Shown one piece after another: positions 35,242-36,402 of a stretch of 36,402 nt of DNA. The notes under the pieces are model-generated. The model had not been told where the DNA came from and made no database searches. It saw nothing but the letters and a program-made list of their open reading frames with translations. The stretch's first letter is position 1. Every line of letters starts with the position of its first letter. The stretch is from NCBI GenBank assembly GCA_050123915.1, contig JASFGF010000001.1:1-36402 (forward strand). The letters run 5' to 3'. The position numbers were made by a program, and so were the translations under genes. Origin of the DNA: Desulfobacterales bacterium. Lineage in GTDB: Bacteria; Desulfobacterota; Desulfobacteria; Desulfobacterales; UBA11574.

Positions 35242-35970
35242 ATGAAATGCCCGGGACAGGACAGCCGGTATTGGAAACCAGGTGCTATCTTTGAATCAAA
35301 ATGTCCGGAGTGCGGCCATTCGGTAGAGTTTTTCAAGGACGATACCACACGCAAGTGTCCAAAATGCCAACACAAGTTTGCCAATCCCAAAATGGATTTC
35401 GGGTGTGCATCATATTGCCAGTATGCAAAAGAGTGCATCGGGGATCTGCCGCCGGAGCTTTTGGCTCAGAAAGAAGACCTTCTAAAAGACCGTATCGCCA
35501 TAGAAATGAAGCGATATTTTAAAAGTGATTTCAAACGGATCGGCCATGCAACCCGAGTGGCGCGTTATGCCGAAAGAATCGGAAAAAACGAGCGGGGCAA
35601 TCTGGCGGTCATACTGGCTGCAGCGTATTTGCATGATATCGGCATCCATGAATCGGAAAAAAAATATAACAGTACGGCCGCAAAATACCAGGAGCAGGAA
35701 GGACCACCCATTGCAAAATCCATCATGATCAAGCTGGGTGCAAAAGAAGAATTGATCGAAGAGGTCTGTGATATCATCGGACATCACCATCATCCTCGAT
35801 CTGAAGAAACACTCAACTTCAAAGTGCTCTACGATGCGGATCTCATTACCAACCTTGAAGAAAAACAGAAAGAAAGATCCATGGATGCAGACAGAATATC
35901 CAGTATTATCGACAAGTCTTTTTTAACCGACAGCGGCCGTGAAGAAGCAAAAAAGGTGTTGTTGAATTAA
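35242..35970 (+). CDS. HD-domain phosphohydrolase with an N-terminal Cys-rich zinc-ribbon module
   Basis: N-terminus MKCPGQD...CPECGH...CPKCQH...CASYCQYAKEC. The HD domain has HATRVARYAE...AAYLHDIGI and a later GHHHHP. AGGAGG lies 8 nt upstream of the start. Confidence 0.75.
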   Translation: MKCPGQDSRYWKPGAIFESKCPECGHSVEFFKDDTTRKCPKCQHKFANPKMDFGCASYCQYAKECIGDLPPELLAQKEDLLKDRIAIEMKRYFKSDFKRIGHATRVARYAERIGKNERGNLAVILAAAYLHDIGIHESEKKYNSTAAKYQEQEGPPIAKSIMIKLGAKEELIEEVCDIIGHHHHPRSEETLNFKVLYDADLITNLEEKQKERSMDADRISSIIDKSFLTDSGREEAKKVLLN

Positions 35971-36012
35971 TTTGTTTTTACCCGTAAAATCAATTGTATA
36001 AAAGGGTTAATC

Positions 36013-36402
36013 ATGAAAACATTACGAAAAATAATCGAAATCGATGAAGAATTGTGCGACGGATGCGGCCAGTGTATTCCCTCTTGTGCCGAAGGCGCCC
36101 TTGAAATTGTGGACGGCAAAGCACAGGTCGTTGCCGATAAACTGTGTGACGGGCTCGGGGCCTGTTTGGGAGAATGTCCCACCGGCGCCCTAAAAGTCAT
36201 TGAGCGGGAGGCTGATGAATTTGATGAGGAAGCGGTTGAGGAACATCTGGCAGAAAAAGAAAAAGAGACGGCTAAAGAAAAGCAGCATATGCCCTGCGGA
36301 TGTCCGTCCACCCAAATTCAGACGTTTGTTCCCATTGAATCTCATCCGGAAACCCAAATTCCTTCCGCAATGGGAACCGAAGGCGAATCGGCCCTCTCTC
36401 AC
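36013..36402 (+). CDS. 4Fe-4S dicluster ferredoxin-domain protein, C-terminus beyond the right edge (FrdX-like by position after hcp)
   Basis: My own translation from the ATG at 36013 reads [60 protein letters not shown]... It has two CxxCxxCxxxC(P)-type cluster motifs and stays in frame to the window end (130 codons). Confidence 0.75.
   Translation, partial: MKTLRKIIEIDEELCDGCGQCIPSCAEGALEIVDGKAQVVADKLCDGLGACLGECPTGALKVIEREADEFDEEAVEEHLAEKEKETAKEKQHMPCGCPSTQIQTFVPIESHPETQIPSAMGTEGESALSH

Noticed and set aside
1-36402. Search for CRISPR arrays, tRNA/rRNA genes, integrases, transposases, toxin-antitoxin pairs and known defence-system genes.
   Set aside because: I saw none. There are no regularly spaced direct repeats, no tRNA-like T-arm motifs in the gaps, and no ORF with recombinase, nuclease or defence signatures that I could recognise.

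Overview
This is a 36.4 kb AT-rich chromosomal segment, roughly 40% GC by eye and higher in a few redox genes. Its gene content looks like an anaerobic Desulfobacterota (sulfate-reducer-like) genome. I ran no database searches; all calls come from reading the translations and the DNA.

Layout, left to right:
(1) A sensor kinase and a sigma-54 response regulator (PilS/PilR-like, regulator truncated at the left edge). These are divergent from a small XRE regulator followed by a translationally coupled pilM-pilN-pilO-pilP-pilQ type IV pilus operon.
(2) A convergent minus-strand operon with overlapping stop/start codons: serS, thrC, a LysM membrane protein and a TPR lipoprotein (pilotin-like).
(3) Housekeeping and miscellaneous genes: 5-formyl-THF cyclo-ligase, an RCK potassium channel, pcm, a YqaA-type membrane protein, a class I glutamine amidotransferase and cysE.
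(4) A minus-strand redox cluster: an SQR-family flavoprotein, DUF1641, a stand-alone cNMP-binding protein and a RACo-type corrinoid activator.
(5) A right-hand third that reads as a nitrogen-oxide / nitrosative-stress island. It holds a NrfH-like tetrahaem plus an HAO-family octahaem cytochrome, mobB, a ModE-N-like regulator, an OmpR regulator divergent from a haem-c (DUF3365) sensor kinase, three small unknowns, and a Crp/Fnr regulator divergent from hcp, followed by a Zn-ribbon HD protein and a 4Fe-4S protein (truncated at the right edge).

I saw no rRNA, tRNA, CRISPR array, transposase, integrase or recognisable defence genes.

The most unusual structure not explained by genes is a diverged family of long-hairpin inverted-repeat elements in intergenic DNA, with 4 clear and 2 tentative copies. 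One copy sits between the kinase and regulator genes, and one sits inside the predicted hcp leader downstream of a perfect TTGAC-N4-GTCAA palindrome.

I cannot claim a definite new system. The candidates are listed in the findings with explicit tests.
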